Of a stretch of DNA of 64,000 bases, positions 8,657 through 18,046 are shown piece after piece; the first letter of the stretch is position 1; each line of letters starts with the position of its first letter. Position numbers and translations under genes: made by a program. A model generated the notes under the pieces. It was not told the DNA's origin and ran no database searches. It worked only from the letters and a program-made list of their open reading frames with translations. The DNA is from Betaproteobacteria bacterium (GTDB lineage Bacteria; Pseudomonadota; Gammaproteobacteria; Burkholderiales; SHXO01), in NCBI GenBank assembly GCA_025356655.1, contig JANXRW010000026.1, positions 4,195 to 68,194 on the forward strand, given 5' to 3'.

Positions 8657-9937
8657 CTAGCCGGTGACCCGGTCGGGCTCAGGCAGGGTCCGGTCGGCCT
8701 TGGTGTACCAGGGCATCAGCACGAAGAAGGCGAAATACACCACCGTGAACACGCGCGCGAGGATCACGGCCACGTCCATCTTGTTCACCTGTCCGAGGAA
8801 GTCGGTGGGCTGGGTGCCCAGGACACCAAGGACCAGGAAGCTCACCACGAAGGCGGCGAGCCAGCCCTTGTAGAGCGTCCCCCGGTAGCGGATGGACTTG
8901 ACGGCGCCGCGGTCCAGCCAGGGCAGCAGGAAGAAGATCATCACCGCACCGCCCATCACCAACACGCCCCACACCTGTGTCCCCAGCAAGGCAGGCACCG
9001 CCCGCAGCATGGCGTAGTAGGGCGTGAAGTACCAGACAGGGGCGATGTGCGGCGGCGTCTTCATCGGATCGGCCGGGATGAAGTTGTTCGCTTCCAAAAA
9101 GTAGCCGCCCATGTCGGGGACGAAGAAGATGATGAAACTGAACACGGCCAGGAACACCACCACGCCCACCAAGTCCTTGATCGTGTAGTAGGGGTGGAAA
9201 GGGATCCCATCGAGGGGGATGCCGGTCTTCGGGTCCTTCTTCTTTTTGATCTCGACCCCATCCGGGTTGTTCGATCCCACCTCGTGCAGCGCGATGATAT
9301 GCGCCGCGACCAACATCACAAGGACCAGGGGAATCGCGATCACATGGAAGGCGAAGAACCGGTTCAAGGTCGCGTCGGAGACCACGTAGTCACCGCGAAT
9401 CCATACGGCCAAGTCTTCGCCGACGATCGGGATGGCGCCGAAGAGGTTCACGATCACCTGGGCGCCCCAATAGGACATCTGGCCCCAGGGCAGCAGGTAA
9501 CCGAAGAAGGCCTCGCCCATGAGCGCCAGGTAGATGATCATCCCGAACAGCCATATCAGTTCGCGCGGCTGGCGGTAGGAGCCGTAGATCAAGCCTCGGA
9601 ACATGTGCAGGTAGATGACCACGAAGAACATGGACGCGCCCGTGGAGTGGATGTAGCGGATGAGCCACCCACCGTAGACGTCCCGCATGATGTACTCGAC
9701 GGACTGGAAGGCATGTTGCGCGTCCGGCTTGTAGTTCATGGTCAAGAAGATGCCACTGACGATCTGGATGACCAGAACGAACATGGCCAGCGATCCGAAG
9801 TAGTACCAGAAGTTGAAGTTCTTCGGCGCGTAGTACTCGGAGATGTGCTGCTTCCAAAGGGCCGTCAGTGGGAAGCGCGCATCGATCCAGTCGAGGATCG
9901 CGTTGCCGCTTTGGGGCTGTGCGGGACTCTTGCTCAT
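8657..9937 (-). CDS. petB: cytochrome b of the bc1 complex
   Basis: The start is taken at 'MSKSPAQPQSGNAILDWIDARFP', codon 47 of the listed ORF. It is a multi-TM protein with conserved 'YYAPKNFNFWYYFGSLA' and 'PEWYF'-type 'APVWYFTPYYA' motifs. Confidence 0.92.
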   Translation of the reverse strand: MSKSPAQPQSGNAILDWIDARFPLTALWKQHISEYYAPKNFNFWYYFGSLAMFVLVIQIVSGIFLTMNYKPDAQHAFQSVEYIMRDVYGGWLIRYIHSTGASMFFVVIYLHMFRGLIYGSYRQPRELIWLFGMIIYLALMGEAFFGYLLPWGQMSYWGAQVIVNLFGAIPIVGEDLAVWIRGDYVVSDATLNRFFAFHVIAIPLVLVMLVAAHIIALHEVGSNNPDGVEIKKKKDPKTGIPLDGIPFHPYYTIKDLVGVVVFLAVFSFIIFFVPDMGGYFLEANNFIPADPMKTPPHIAPVWYFTPYYAMLRAVPALLGTQVWGVLVMGGAVMIFFLLPWLDRGAVKSIRYRGTLYKGWLAAFVVSFLVLGVLGTQPTDFLGQVNKMDVAVILARVFTVVYFAFFVLMPWYTKADRTLPEPDRVTG

Positions 9938-9939
9938 GC

Positions 9940-10539
9940 TCAAGCTCCTTTGCCGTCGCTGCCGACGATAAGGCGGGTGTCGCTGACAAATACGTAGGGC
10001 GGCACGACCAAGTTGATCGGCGCGGGCACACCCTTGAACACGCGCCCAGCCAAGTCGAACTTCGAGCCGTGGCAAGGGCAGAAGAATCCACCGGGCCAGT
10101 CCTCACCCAGGCCGCTTTCTCCGCCGGGCTTGAGTTTGTCCGTGGGCGAGCAACCCAGGTGGGTACATATGCCCACCACCACCAGAAATTCCGGCTTCGT
10201 GGATCGGTGCTCGTTTTTCGCGTACTCGGGTTGCACGGATTGCTCGGACGCCGGATCAGCCACGCGCTCGTCCATCGCCTTCAGCGCGGTGAGCATCTCG
10301 GGTGTACGGCGCACGACCCAGACCGGCTTGCTCCGCCATTCGGCGCGCACCATCATGCCCGGCTCGAGTTTGGATATATTCACCTCGACCGGCGCGCCGG
10401 CAGCGCGCGCACGCGCACTGGGCTGCATGCTCCCCAGGAACGGCACAGCCACTGCCGCTGCCGCTGCCCCTCCTGCCAGACCGCTGGCAACCAGAAGCAG
10501 TCGCCGCTTGCCGCCGTCAACCTTCTTTTCTTCACCCAT
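9940..10539 (-). CDS. petA: ubiquinol-cytochrome c reductase Rieske iron-sulfur subunit
   Basis: The Rieske boxes 'CTHLGCSP' and 'CPCHGSKFD' are present. The N-terminus has a Tat-like/TM segment. Confidence 0.92.
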   Translation of the reverse strand: MGEEKKVDGGKRRLLLVASGLAGGAAAAAVAVPFLGSMQPSARARAAGAPVEVNISKLEPGMMVRAEWRSKPVWVVRRTPEMLTALKAMDERVADPASEQSVQPEYAKNEHRSTKPEFLVVVGICTHLGCSPTDKLKPGGESGLGEDWPGGFFCPCHGSKFDLAGRVFKGVPAPINLVVPPYVFVSDTRLIVGSDGKGA

Positions 10540-10969
10540 GGACCGATTCCTTGTTTCGAGTCTACAGCCCGCGAAAAACCGCTATTCTAATCCTAACCGC
10601 CGGAAAAATCCCAGGGATAACTACATAATATGTTGATTTATCACAACATTAAGTATCTGGATTTTACGCGGCCAAGGGCGAATGGGCGCGTTTCAGCCCC
10701 AGCGATGACGGCGGCGGCCGTCAGGTTGCGGCAGCATGCCGTGTGACGGTGCCCAGGGAACGCATTTTTCTGCCCTCCGTTGGCAACCGGACGAAAAAAA
10801 TGCGCAACCCCGCAGGATTGCGCGAATTTCCACCAAAGGAGGAGGATGGAGGAAAACGCGATTGGGCGCTCGCGCCCCCATACGTCACCGCTATTTTCCC
10901 GCACTTGATGTTGCAGCGCAAGATTTCGCCGCTGCCCCCACTGTATGCGCTGATGGATCCCCAACGCCA

Positions 10970-11737
10970 ATGCACCTGACCACGCTCGCCGGCTTCCTCG
11001 GCGAATTGCTGTCCCCCCCCTGGAGCCCGCTGCTCATGGTAGCGCTTGGCCTGGCGCTAGCCCGGCACGGGCTCACGGGTGGGCGGGCCCTCGCATGGGG
11101 CGGCGTGGCGCTCCTCTGGGGCCTATCCACGGGCCTGTGCTCCGGGCTGCTTTTAGCGGGGCTTGAGGCCCCGGTCCTCTCGGCGGCGGCTGCGAAGGGG
11201 GCCGGAGCCATCGTCATCTTGGGCGGCGGCGCCTACCGCGACGCACCAGAGTTCGGCGGCGATGACCTAGCCGGTGCGGGGCTGGAGCGGGTGCGCTACG
11301 GCGCCGACGTGCAGCGTCACACCCACCTCCCCGTCATGGTCACGGGCGCCGTGACCTCGGGGGCCCTTTGGAGCGAGGCGCATATCATGGCGACGGTGCT
11401 GCAACGCGATTTCGCGGTACCGACGACCTGGGAAGAGGACCGGGCACGCAACACGCTCGAAAATGCCCGCTACGCTGCCCGCCTGCTGAGGGCGGCAGGC
11501 ATTCACCGCGTGCTCCTGGTCACGCACGCGTGGCACATGCGTCGCTCGCTCTGGGCCTTCCGCCAGACCGGCATCGAGGTCGTGGCGGCACCCCTGGGGT
11601 TTGACACCCGTCCGGTCGGGGCACGCTATTCTCCCCTCCCCTCCCTCGACGCCCTCGTGCACACACGGGTCGCCCTGCATGAGTACGCGGGATTAGCTTG
11701 GTATGGGCTAAGATGCGCGTTTTCCGAGTGCGGATGA
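10970..11737 (+). CDS. DUF218 (YdcF/ElyC-like) membrane-associated protein
   Basis: The ATG lies at codon 79 of the listed ORF. Two N-terminal TM segments are followed by the DUF218 core: 'AIVILGGG', 'RVRYGADVQR', 'TWEEDRARNTLENA', 'VLLVTHAWHMRRS'. Confidence 0.75.
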   Translation: MHLTTLAGFLGELLSPPWSPLLMVALGLALARHGLTGGRALAWGGVALLWGLSTGLCSGLLLAGLEAPVLSAAAAKGAGAIVILGGGAYRDAPEFGGDDLAGAGLERVRYGADVQRHTHLPVMVTGAVTSGALWSEAHIMATVLQRDFAVPTTWEEDRARNTLENARYAARLLRAAGIHRVLLVTHAWHMRRSLWAFRQTGIEVVAAPLGFDTRPVGARYSPLPSLDALVHTRVALHEYAGLAWYGLRCAFSECG

Positions 11738-12171
11738 ACGCGGACCAGCCCATGAAAGTACGAATTAAGTGGATCGAAGGCGTCGCCTTCCTGGCGGAAA
11801 CGGGGAGCAACCATACCCTTGTCATGGATGGCGCCCCCGAGGGAGGCGGGCGCAATCTGGCTCCGCGCCCCATGGAAACCTTGTTGGCGGGCGTGGGCGG
11901 GTGCACGGCTTACGACGTCGTAACCATCCTGCACAAATCTCGGCAGAAGGTGCAGGACTGCGTGGTGGAGATCGACGCGGAGCGGGCACCCGAGGATCCC
12001 AAGGTCTTCACACGCATCCACTTTCACTTCATCGTCACCGGGACGGGGGTGGACACGCGGCACGTGGAGCGCGCCATCGGACTGTCAGCGGAAAAATACT
12101 GCTCGGCAACAATCATGCTGGGCAAGACCGCTGAAATCACTCACGATTTCGAGATTCGAGAGCCCGGCTAG
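11734..12171 (+). CDS. OsmC-family peroxiredoxin-like protein
   Basis: 'GRNLAPRPMETLLAGVGGCTAYDVV' and 'LSAEKYCSATIML' carry the two conserved OsmC Cys motifs. The start is uncertain, at either 11734 or 11752. Confidence 0.8.
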   Translation: MNADQPMKVRIKWIEGVAFLAETGSNHTLVMDGAPEGGGRNLAPRPMETLLAGVGGCTAYDVVTILHKSRQKVQDCVVEIDAERAPEDPKVFTRIHFHFIVTGTGVDTRHVERAIGLSAEKYCSATIMLGKTAEITHDFEIREPG

Positions 12172-12181
12172 ACCCCGTCGC

Positions 12182-12805
12182 CTAGAGCCAGCGCGCGGTG
12201 CCCGTCATGAGCCGCGCGCCGAGCCGCATGCCCTCGCGCACGGGCCTAGGCAGTGTTTGGGCGCCCTGTCCGCGCGCGCTCAGCGCATGCGCCGCCTCAT
12301 CGGACTGCATCTGCGCGAGCACGGCTTGGCTGCGAGGGTCGCCTTCCGGGAACACGGCCAAGTGGCGGCCCAGGTGCGCCTCCACCTGTTTCTCCGTCTC
12401 CTCAAGGAACCCCAGGCTCACGCGATCCCCTAGAAGCCCGCTGGCGGCACCCAGTGCGAAGGAGAGCGCGTACCACACGGGATTGAGCGCACTGGTGCGC
12501 CCACCCAGTTCATCCAAGCGCTGGGCCGTCCAGGCTAGGTGATCACGCTCCTCGCGCGCCGCCCGCTCCAACAGGTCCCGCGTTGCGGGCTCCTGTACGC
12601 CGAGCAACTGGCCCTGGTAGAGCGCCTGGGCGCAGATTTCACCGACGTGATCCACCCGCATCAGCCGCACCGCCTCGCGACGCTCGTGATCGTCCAGGGC
12701 AGCCGGGGGCAGGGCTGCGCCCGGACAGGGTCTGGACGCCGCAGGCGCGGCGCAGAGTGTGCGCAGCGCGTTGTCCAGGGCATTGATGACGCGATCGGGG
12801 AGCAC
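12182..12805 (-). CDS. coq7: demethoxyubiquinone hydroxylase (Coq7 family di-iron carboxylate)
   Basis: 'RLMRVDHVGEICAQALYQGQ', 'REERDHLAW', 'EETEKQVEAHL' and 'DEAAHA' give the EXXH di-iron motifs. The start is proposed at GTG 12805, just after the tusA-like stop. ATG 12844 is an alternative. Confidence 0.8.
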   Translation of the reverse strand: MLPDRVINALDNALRTLCAAPAASRPCPGAALPPAALDDHERREAVRLMRVDHVGEICAQALYQGQLLGVQEPATRDLLERAAREERDHLAWTAQRLDELGGRTSALNPVWYALSFALGAASGLLGDRVSLGFLEETEKQVEAHLGRHLAVFPEGDPRSQAVLAQMQSDEAAHALSARGQGAQTLPRPVREGMRLGARLMTGTARWL

Positions 12806-12809
12806 GACG

Positions 12810-13049
12810 CTATTTCTTCCGCAGCAGAAAGGTGAAGACGCCATCCCGGTCAGAACGCTCGAGCAGTTCGTGTCCGGTCTGCCGAGCAAAAGCGAGGAAG
12901 TCCCGCACGGAACCCGGGTCAGTGGCTAAAATGCGCAGAACCTCGCCGGACTGCATTTCGTTCAAGGCCTTTTTCGTGCGTAGGATGGGAAGAGGGCAGT
13001 TGAGCCCCTGCGCGTCGAGTTCGCGCTGATGGATCACCGGGTCATTCAT
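12810..13049 (-). CDS. tusA: TusA-family sulfur carrier protein
   Basis: The 79-aa product has 'LDAQGLNCPLPILRTKKAL', the conserved Cys-Pro-x-P motif of TusA/SirA. An ATGA overlap joins it to the upstream rhodanese gene. Confidence 0.85.
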   Translation of the reverse strand: MNDPVIHQRELDAQGLNCPLPILRTKKALNEMQSGEVLRILATDPGSVRDFLAFARQTGHELLERSDRDGVFTFLLRKK

Positions 13050-13396
13050 GGCGAAGGAACGTCAACGGGCAGACCGGCGCGCTGCCAGGCCAAGATGCCC
13101 CCCTGCAGATTGTAGACGCTCGCGAAGCCGCGCTCCTGAAGGTAGGCGCAAGCTTGGTAGGAGCGCGCCCCGGACTGGCAGTAGATGATGAGCGGCGCGG
13201 CCGGATCGAGTTCTTGCCAGCGCTGCGGCAACTGGTTCAGTACCACGTGCTCGGAGCCGGCGAGGAGGCCCCGGGCACGCTCGGCATCCGTACGCACATC
13301 GAGCAGGCGGCATCCCGGCTGCGCGCGCAGGGCCTCGATCTGCTCGGGCTGAATCTGCACAACGGACATATAAGGTGTGTCTCCAGAGAATTCCAT
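13046..13396 (-). CDS. single-domain rhodanese sulfurtransferase
   Basis: The active-site loop is 'IIYCQSGARS', and 'LLDVRT..E' and 'GGILAW' motifs are present. The start is either 13396 or 13369. Confidence 0.85.
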   Translation of the reverse strand: MEFSGDTPYMSVVQIQPEQIEALRAQPGCRLLDVRTDAERARGLLAGSEHVVLNQLPQRWQELDPAAPLIIYCQSGARSYQACAYLQERGFASVYNLQGGILAWQRAGLPVDVPSP

Positions 13397-13415
13397 CGGC
13401 CTGGCCCTGGAGGAC

Positions 13416-14711
13416 TCAGGTCACGACGCTACGTTCCAACATGAGGTCCGACAGCCGCACGTCCGCCGCCTCAAGGCGCTCAACGAGTAGGCGGAGAAAG
13501 GCGGCGGTGAACTGGTGACGACAACTCTCGGTGGCACCATTGAGCGCCTCGGCGCGCAGTTCGATGACGGTGACCTCGGTGAGCGAGATGATCGTTGCGC
13601 TGCGCCGGAACTCCTGCTGACCCAATATCGCCATTTCGCCGAAGCATTGGCCGGTACGCAGCACATTGAGCAACTTTCCCTTCTTGGTAACCTTTACGTC
13701 GCCGGCGGCAAGGATGAAGAAAGACTTCCCTGTCTCCCCTTCGGAAATCAGCCGGGTCAAGGGCGGATGCAAGGTCCACACCGCGATATGGACGACCTGC
13801 CAAAGGTCCACATCGGAGAAATCGCGGAAGAACTCCAACCGCCGCAGCGTGCTGAACTTCTCCGCCTCCGGCACCGGTTGCTCTGGCGTGTGCAAAACAT
13901 TAAAGACACGCGCGAGGTCCTGCGCGAACTCCTCCCAGGTGGCGTAACGGTCCTGGGGACGTTTCTGCATGGCCCGGGCGACGATTTCGTCAACCCGACC
14001 GGGGATCTCGGTGCGGAAGATACTGGGCGCAGGCGGCTCCACATTCAGGATCTGGAACGCCATTCCATAGTTGTTGCTCGCCTTGAAGGGGAGGACGCCG
14101 GTGAGTAGTTGATACATCACCACGCCCAGCGAGAAGATGTCCGTCTGGTGGTTGAGCGGTAACTCCTGCATCTGCTCCGGCGACATGTAAGCGGGAGAGC
14201 CGACCCCGGAGAGCTGAGTCGTCTCCATGGTCATAGTCAGCGCGGCGCCGAAGTCGGAGATCTTGATATCCGTGCCCCCGGCCACCAAGATGTTGGCCGG
14301 CTCGATGTCGCGATGAACGACGCCGTGACGGTGGGCGTAGTCGAGTGCTTTGCAGCACTTGAAGGCGATCTCGATGACCTGCTCGACGCTGAGCAGCGAA
14401 TCCGGGCGGGTGCGCTCCTCCAACGTGCCACCGGACACGTACTCCATGACGATGTAGCTGCCATCCTCGTGCGCCACCGCGTCGAAGATCGCGCAGATGT
14501 GCGGGTGGTTGAGCTTGCCGGCGAGCGAAGCCTCAGTCAAAAATACCTTGCGGAAACGTGAGCGGTACTCGCTATCCCCAACCACCGGTTGCTGTACCAA
14601 CTTCACCGCAACCTTTCGGCTGGCGAAGGGATCCAAAGCAAGGTACACGGCACTGGTCGCGCCACGCCCGAGTTCCTTTAGGACCTGATATTTGCCGATC
14701 TTTTCGACCAT
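13416..14711 (-). CDS. Hanks-type Ser/Thr protein kinase fused to a C-terminal cyclic-nucleotide-binding domain
   Basis: The start is taken at 'MVEKIGKYQVLKELGRGATSAVY'. Kinase motifs are 'VAVKLV', 'HRDIEPANIL', 'SDFG' and 'SPAYMSPEQ'. The C-terminal cNMP domain shows 'GETGKSFFILAAGDVKV...GQCFGEMAIL..RRSATI'. Confidence 0.85.
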   Translation of the reverse strand: MVEKIGKYQVLKELGRGATSAVYLALDPFASRKVAVKLVQQPVVGDSEYRSRFRKVFLTEASLAGKLNHPHICAIFDAVAHEDGSYIVMEYVSGGTLEERTRPDSLLSVEQVIEIAFKCCKALDYAHRHGVVHRDIEPANILVAGGTDIKISDFGAALTMTMETTQLSGVGSPAYMSPEQMQELPLNHQTDIFSLGVVMYQLLTGVLPFKASNNYGMAFQILNVEPPAPSIFRTEIPGRVDEIVARAMQKRPQDRYATWEEFAQDLARVFNVLHTPEQPVPEAEKFSTLRRLEFFRDFSDVDLWQVVHIAVWTLHPPLTRLISEGETGKSFFILAAGDVKVTKKGKLLNVLRTGQCFGEMAILGQQEFRRSATIISLTEVTVIELRAEALNGATESCRHQFTAAFLRLLVERLEAADVRLSDLMLERSVVT

Positions 14712-14817
14712 GGTGCGCCGTCCGCCGCCGCGTCCCCGGAAGGAATTCAAGCACCGTAGTCTACCGGGAAGCTTCCCCGGTGTAACGAATCTCGCGCGCC
14801 GAACTTGGGCCCTGCCC

Positions 14818-16242
14818 TCACCGACGCTTCTTCAGTTCCTCTTCGACGCGACGCAGTTCCCGCAGGCGTGCCTCTGCGCTGGAGAGCTGATAGAAGTCAC
14901 CATCCTTGGCCCGCAAGCCCAACTGCAATTGCTCGATGGCCGCGGGAACGGCCCCCGAAAGAACGTAGGCCTCCGCCTGGGATCGGTACTGCTGAAGGTG
15001 CTGGCCCAAGGCCGCGTAACTCTCGGCCTGCAGCGCGTAAAGGCGGGGGTCGTGCCGGGACGACACCAGGGCCCCGCTCACGAGGGCGAGCGCGTCCTTG
15101 GGCTGCCGTGCTTCCAGCATGGCGCGCGCGCCGTCGTATACCAGCGCCCGCCGCCCAGGGAAGCGCGCCAGCCCCTCCCGGTAGTAGGCCACCGCCTCCT
15201 TGACCTGCCCGGATGCGCTCTTCACACGACCCGCGAGCACCCAGACCATGGGCTGGTCTGGCGCCAGCGCCTGCAACCGCGCCATTTCGGTTGCGGCGCG
15301 AGGATAGCGCTTGGCCCGCAGCAACGCCGAGACCAGCCCGTAGCGGGGCGCCGCCTCGCCCACGGATTTGTGCTGCACCAGGATGTCGTCGAAGTAATTG
15401 ACGGCCTCCTGCGGGTCACGTTCCTGCGCCTGCAAGCGGGCGCGCACCAGTAGAAACTCCAGACTGTCGGGCACTTGCCGGTAAGGCATCGCGTCGACGC
15501 GGTTCTGCACGTCCGCGATCCGCTCGTAGGTGAGCGGGTGGGTACGGGCGTAGCTGGGTGCATTGGTCTCGTAGATCCGGTAGGTCCGCTGCAAGCGCTC
15601 GAGGAAGGCCGGCATGGCGTGCGGATCGAACCCCGACCGCTCCAGGATCTGGAGTCCCACCCGATCGGCGTCGCGCTCGTTATCCCGGGTGAAGTTCAAC
15701 GCCGTCTGCAGGCTGGCGTACTGCGCCCCGGCAATGGCCGCTTGGGCAAGGTCGGGGCTGGACCGCGCGGCAAGGATCGCCAGCGCCATGGCGGCTAGCG
15801 ACACCAGCCCCGCCTGCTGCTGCTGCGCAAAGAGGCGCGCTATGTGCTTCTGCGTCACGTGGGCAATCTCGTGCCCAAGCACGGCGGCGAGTTCCGACTC
15901 GCTTGCCGAGGTGAGCAGTAGTCCGGTGTGAACCCCCACGAACCCACCGGGCAGGGCAAACGCATTGACGGTGTGATCATCTATGCCGAAGAACTCGAAA
16001 TCCTGCTGGGCGTCCGGACTCACTGCCACCAGCTTGAAGCCGAGCTCATTGAGGTAGTCCGTGACCTCGGGATCATCGACGAACTGGGGGCTTCCTCGGA
16101 TCTGCTGCATGATCTGCTCGCCCAGCTGGCGCATCTGCGCAGGCGTGACCACGGACTGGGAGGAATCCCCAAGGTCGGGCAAACCCTCTGCGGCACAGGG
16201 CGGCAAGAGCCAAACGAACAGTAGAAAAAGGGCACTTCTCAT
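14818..16242 (-). CDS. bepA: M48-family periplasmic metalloprotease with TPR domain (BepA/YfgC-like)
   Basis: It has a signal peptide, the zinc motif '[10 protein letters not shown]' and a TPR-like C-terminal half. Confidence 0.85.
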   Translation of the reverse strand: MRSALFLLFVWLLPPCAAEGLPDLGDSSQSVVTPAQMRQLGEQIMQQIRGSPQFVDDPEVTDYLNELGFKLVAVSPDAQQDFEFFGIDDHTVNAFALPGGFVGVHTGLLLTSASESELAAVLGHEIAHVTQKHIARLFAQQQQAGLVSLAAMALAILAARSSPDLAQAAIAGAQYASLQTALNFTRDNERDADRVGLQILERSGFDPHAMPAFLERLQRTYRIYETNAPSYARTHPLTYERIADVQNRVDAMPYRQVPDSLEFLLVRARLQAQERDPQEAVNYFDDILVQHKSVGEAAPRYGLVSALLRAKRYPRAATEMARLQALAPDQPMVWVLAGRVKSASGQVKEAVAYYREGLARFPGRRALVYDGARAMLEARQPKDALALVSGALVSSRHDPRLYALQAESYAALGQHLQQYRSQAEAYVLSGAVPAAIEQLQLGLRAKDGDFYQLSSAEARLRELRRVEEELKKRR

Positions 16243-16374
16243 GGTGCTATGATAGCCATTCAGTGCAGTAAGTTCTTGTCACAATGCTGCAGTGGCGGAA
16301 TTTCCCACGCAGTCGGCCCGGGCGCCCCACGCCGCCGTAGGTCAGGCGAATCCAAACGCGCATTTCGGAGCACC

Positions 16375-16854
16375 ATGCCAAGCGATCTCACTCATTTTGA
16401 CGGCGCCGGCCAGGCACACATGGTCGACGTCGGCGGTAAGACGCCCACCCATCGCGTGGCGGTGGCTCGCGGCCGGATCCGGATGTTGCGGGATACGCTC
16501 GCGCTTATCCTGCGGGGCGACGCCAAGAAGGGGGACGTGCTGGGGATTGCTCGCATCGCCGCGATCCAAGGTGCGAAGCGTACCTCGGACCTGATCCCGC
16601 TATGCCATCCACTGTCGCTCACGCGGGTGACGGTGGATTTCCTGATCGACCAGGAAGGCTCCTCGGTCGACTGCGTAGCCCGAGCGGAGACGCTTGGGCC
16701 CACCGGGGTGGAAATGGAGGCACTGACAGCGGTCGGCGTGGGCCTGCTAACCGTCTATGACATGTGCAAGGCGGTGGACCGGGGAATGCGCATCGAGGAC
16801 ATCCACCTGGAGGAGAAATCCGGGGGCCGCTCCGGACACTGGACCGCCGCTTGA
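16375..16854 (+). CDS. moaC: cyclic pyranopterin monophosphate synthase
   Basis: The ATG lies at codon 43 of the listed ORF. '[18 protein letters not shown]' and '[15 protein letters not shown]' are conserved MoaC motifs. Confidence 0.9.
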   Translation: MPSDLTHFDGAGQAHMVDVGGKTPTHRVAVARGRIRMLRDTLALILRGDAKKGDVLGIARIAAIQGAKRTSDLIPLCHPLSLTRVTVDFLIDQEGSSVDCVARAETLGPTGVEMEALTAVGVGLLTVYDMCKAVDRGMRIEDIHLEEKSGGRSGHWTAA

Positions 16855-17252
16855 TCGAACGCTTGAACTTGGCCCCTCGGTCGTGGTCCCAGCCGGAGCG
16901 GCATCAGCGCCGCCGCGCGGCGGGACTGCTGTTCGCACTGTGGTTACAAGGGGCTGCGGCGGCCGATCCCGACAGGGCGCAGCAGGGGCGGCGCCTCGCG
17001 CAGGCGGGCGACAAAGGCAACTGTCTCGCCTGCCACCAGATCCCCGGCGACACCACAGGCGTAAGCCAAGCGAACATCGGTCCGCCGCTGATAGGACTGC
17101 GCGAGCGGTTTCCGCGGCGGCGTGCGTTGGAATTGCAGATCTGGGATGCATCCCAGGCCAACCCGGACACCGTCATGCCGCCATTCGGCCGGAACCAAAT
17201 CCTCAGCGCCGAGGAGATCGAGCGCATCGCCGAATATCTCTACCAGTACTGA
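16851..17252 (+). CDS. soxX: sulfur-oxidation c-type cytochrome SoxX (start uncertain)
   Basis: It has the single heme motif 'CLACH', the conserved '[21 protein letters not shown]' and a signal-like '[19 protein letters not shown]'. Candidate in-frame TTG starts lie at 16851, overlapping the moaC stop, and at 16863. The track's GTG at 16764 lies deep inside moaC. Confidence 0.75.
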   Translation: MIERLNLAPRSWSQPERHQRRRAAGLLFALWLQGAAAADPDRAQQGRRLAQAGDKGNCLACHQIPGDTTGVSQANIGPPLIGLRERFPRRRALELQIWDASQANPDTVMPPFGRNQILSAEEIERIAEYLYQY

Positions 17253-17266
17253 ATCGAGGAGACACC

Positions 17267-17713
17267 ATGCGCAAGGCGCGACGGATTTTGCTGCAGGCGT
17301 TGCTTCTGCCCGCGCTGGCCCTGGTGCCGCTGCGACTGCTGGCCGCCGTCTGGAACCGGGCGGCCTTTGAGGCGCGGGATCTTGCCACTGCCCTGCGCGA
17401 AGCCGGGGTCGGGGAGCCGGCGCGCAGCGAGGACATCGTGATCAGGGCACCCGAGATCGCAGAAAACGGTGCACAGGTTCCGGTGGAAATCCAAAGTCGG
17501 CTGGTTGGGACGGAATTGATCCAGCTCTTTGTTGAGCGCAACCCGCAGCCCCTGGCGGCAAGTTTCCGTTTCCTCGGCGGGACCGAAGCCTTCATCTCGA
17601 CACGCATCAAGATGGGGGAGACCTCCGAACTTCGCGTGGTCGTGACCGCGGCCGGCCGCACCTGGTTCAACAGCCGCGAAGTGAAGGTCACCATCGGCGG
17701 CTGCGGGGTATAA
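17267..17713 (+). CDS. soxY: sulfur carrier protein SoxY
   Basis: The ATG is preceded by GAGGAG. It has an RR-containing signal and the diagnostic C-terminal 'VKVTIGGCGV' motif. Confidence 0.92.
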   Translation: MRKARRILLQALLLPALALVPLRLLAAVWNRAAFEARDLATALREAGVGEPARSEDIVIRAPEIAENGAQVPVEIQSRLVGTELIQLFVERNPQPLAASFRFLGGTEAFISTRIKMGETSELRVVVTAAGRTWFNSREVKVTIGGCGV

Positions 17714-17722
17714 GGACACGTC

Positions 17723-18046
17723 ATGGCAGAGCCCATCCGCATCCGCATCAAACTCGACGGCGATCTGGCCGACGTGCGCGTCCTCATCGGCCACCCAATG
17801 GAAACGGGGCTGCGCAAAGACTCGAAGACGGGTGAAATGATTCCCCTGCACTTCATCCAGACCGTAACGGTCACACTCAACGACCGACCGGTGCTGGAGA
17901 TGCAGTGCAACCAGGCCGTGGCCCGCAATCCCTACCTTCAGTTCCGCGTCCGGGGAGCTAGCGCGGGCGATGAACTGGCGGTCAACTGGGCGGACAGCCG
18001 GGGGGAGAGCAATGGAATCAAGGCGAAGGTCCCTGCAGGCAGCTAG
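17723..18046 (+). CDS. soxZ: SoxZ (SoxY partner)
   Basis: The 107-aa product has 'IRIRIKLDGDLADVRVLIGHPMETGLRKD' and lies immediately after soxY. Confidence 0.9.
   Translation: MAEPIRIRIKLDGDLADVRVLIGHPMETGLRKDSKTGEMIPLHFIQTVTVTLNDRPVLEMQCNQAVARNPYLQFRVRGASAGDELAVNWADSRGESNGIKAKVPAGS

Noticed and set aside
8459-9997. 512-aa ORF on the plus strand opposite petC/petB
   Set aside because: It is antisense to two strongly supported respiratory genes. Its composition is dominated by H/D/E/G/R/V runs typical of GC-rich shadow frames. It has no recognisable motif or RBS.
16243-16374. Possible Moco riboswitch upstream of moaC
   Set aside because: The interval is only 132 nt and is shared with the divergent bepA-like promoter. 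I could not recognise the conserved Moco-motif helices by eye. It needs an Rfam/Infernal scan before any claim.
16757-17266. Upstream 170 codons of the 318-aa ORF that ends as SoxY
   Set aside because: It overlaps moaC and soxX in another frame. SoxY homology, signal peptide and RBS all start at 17267.
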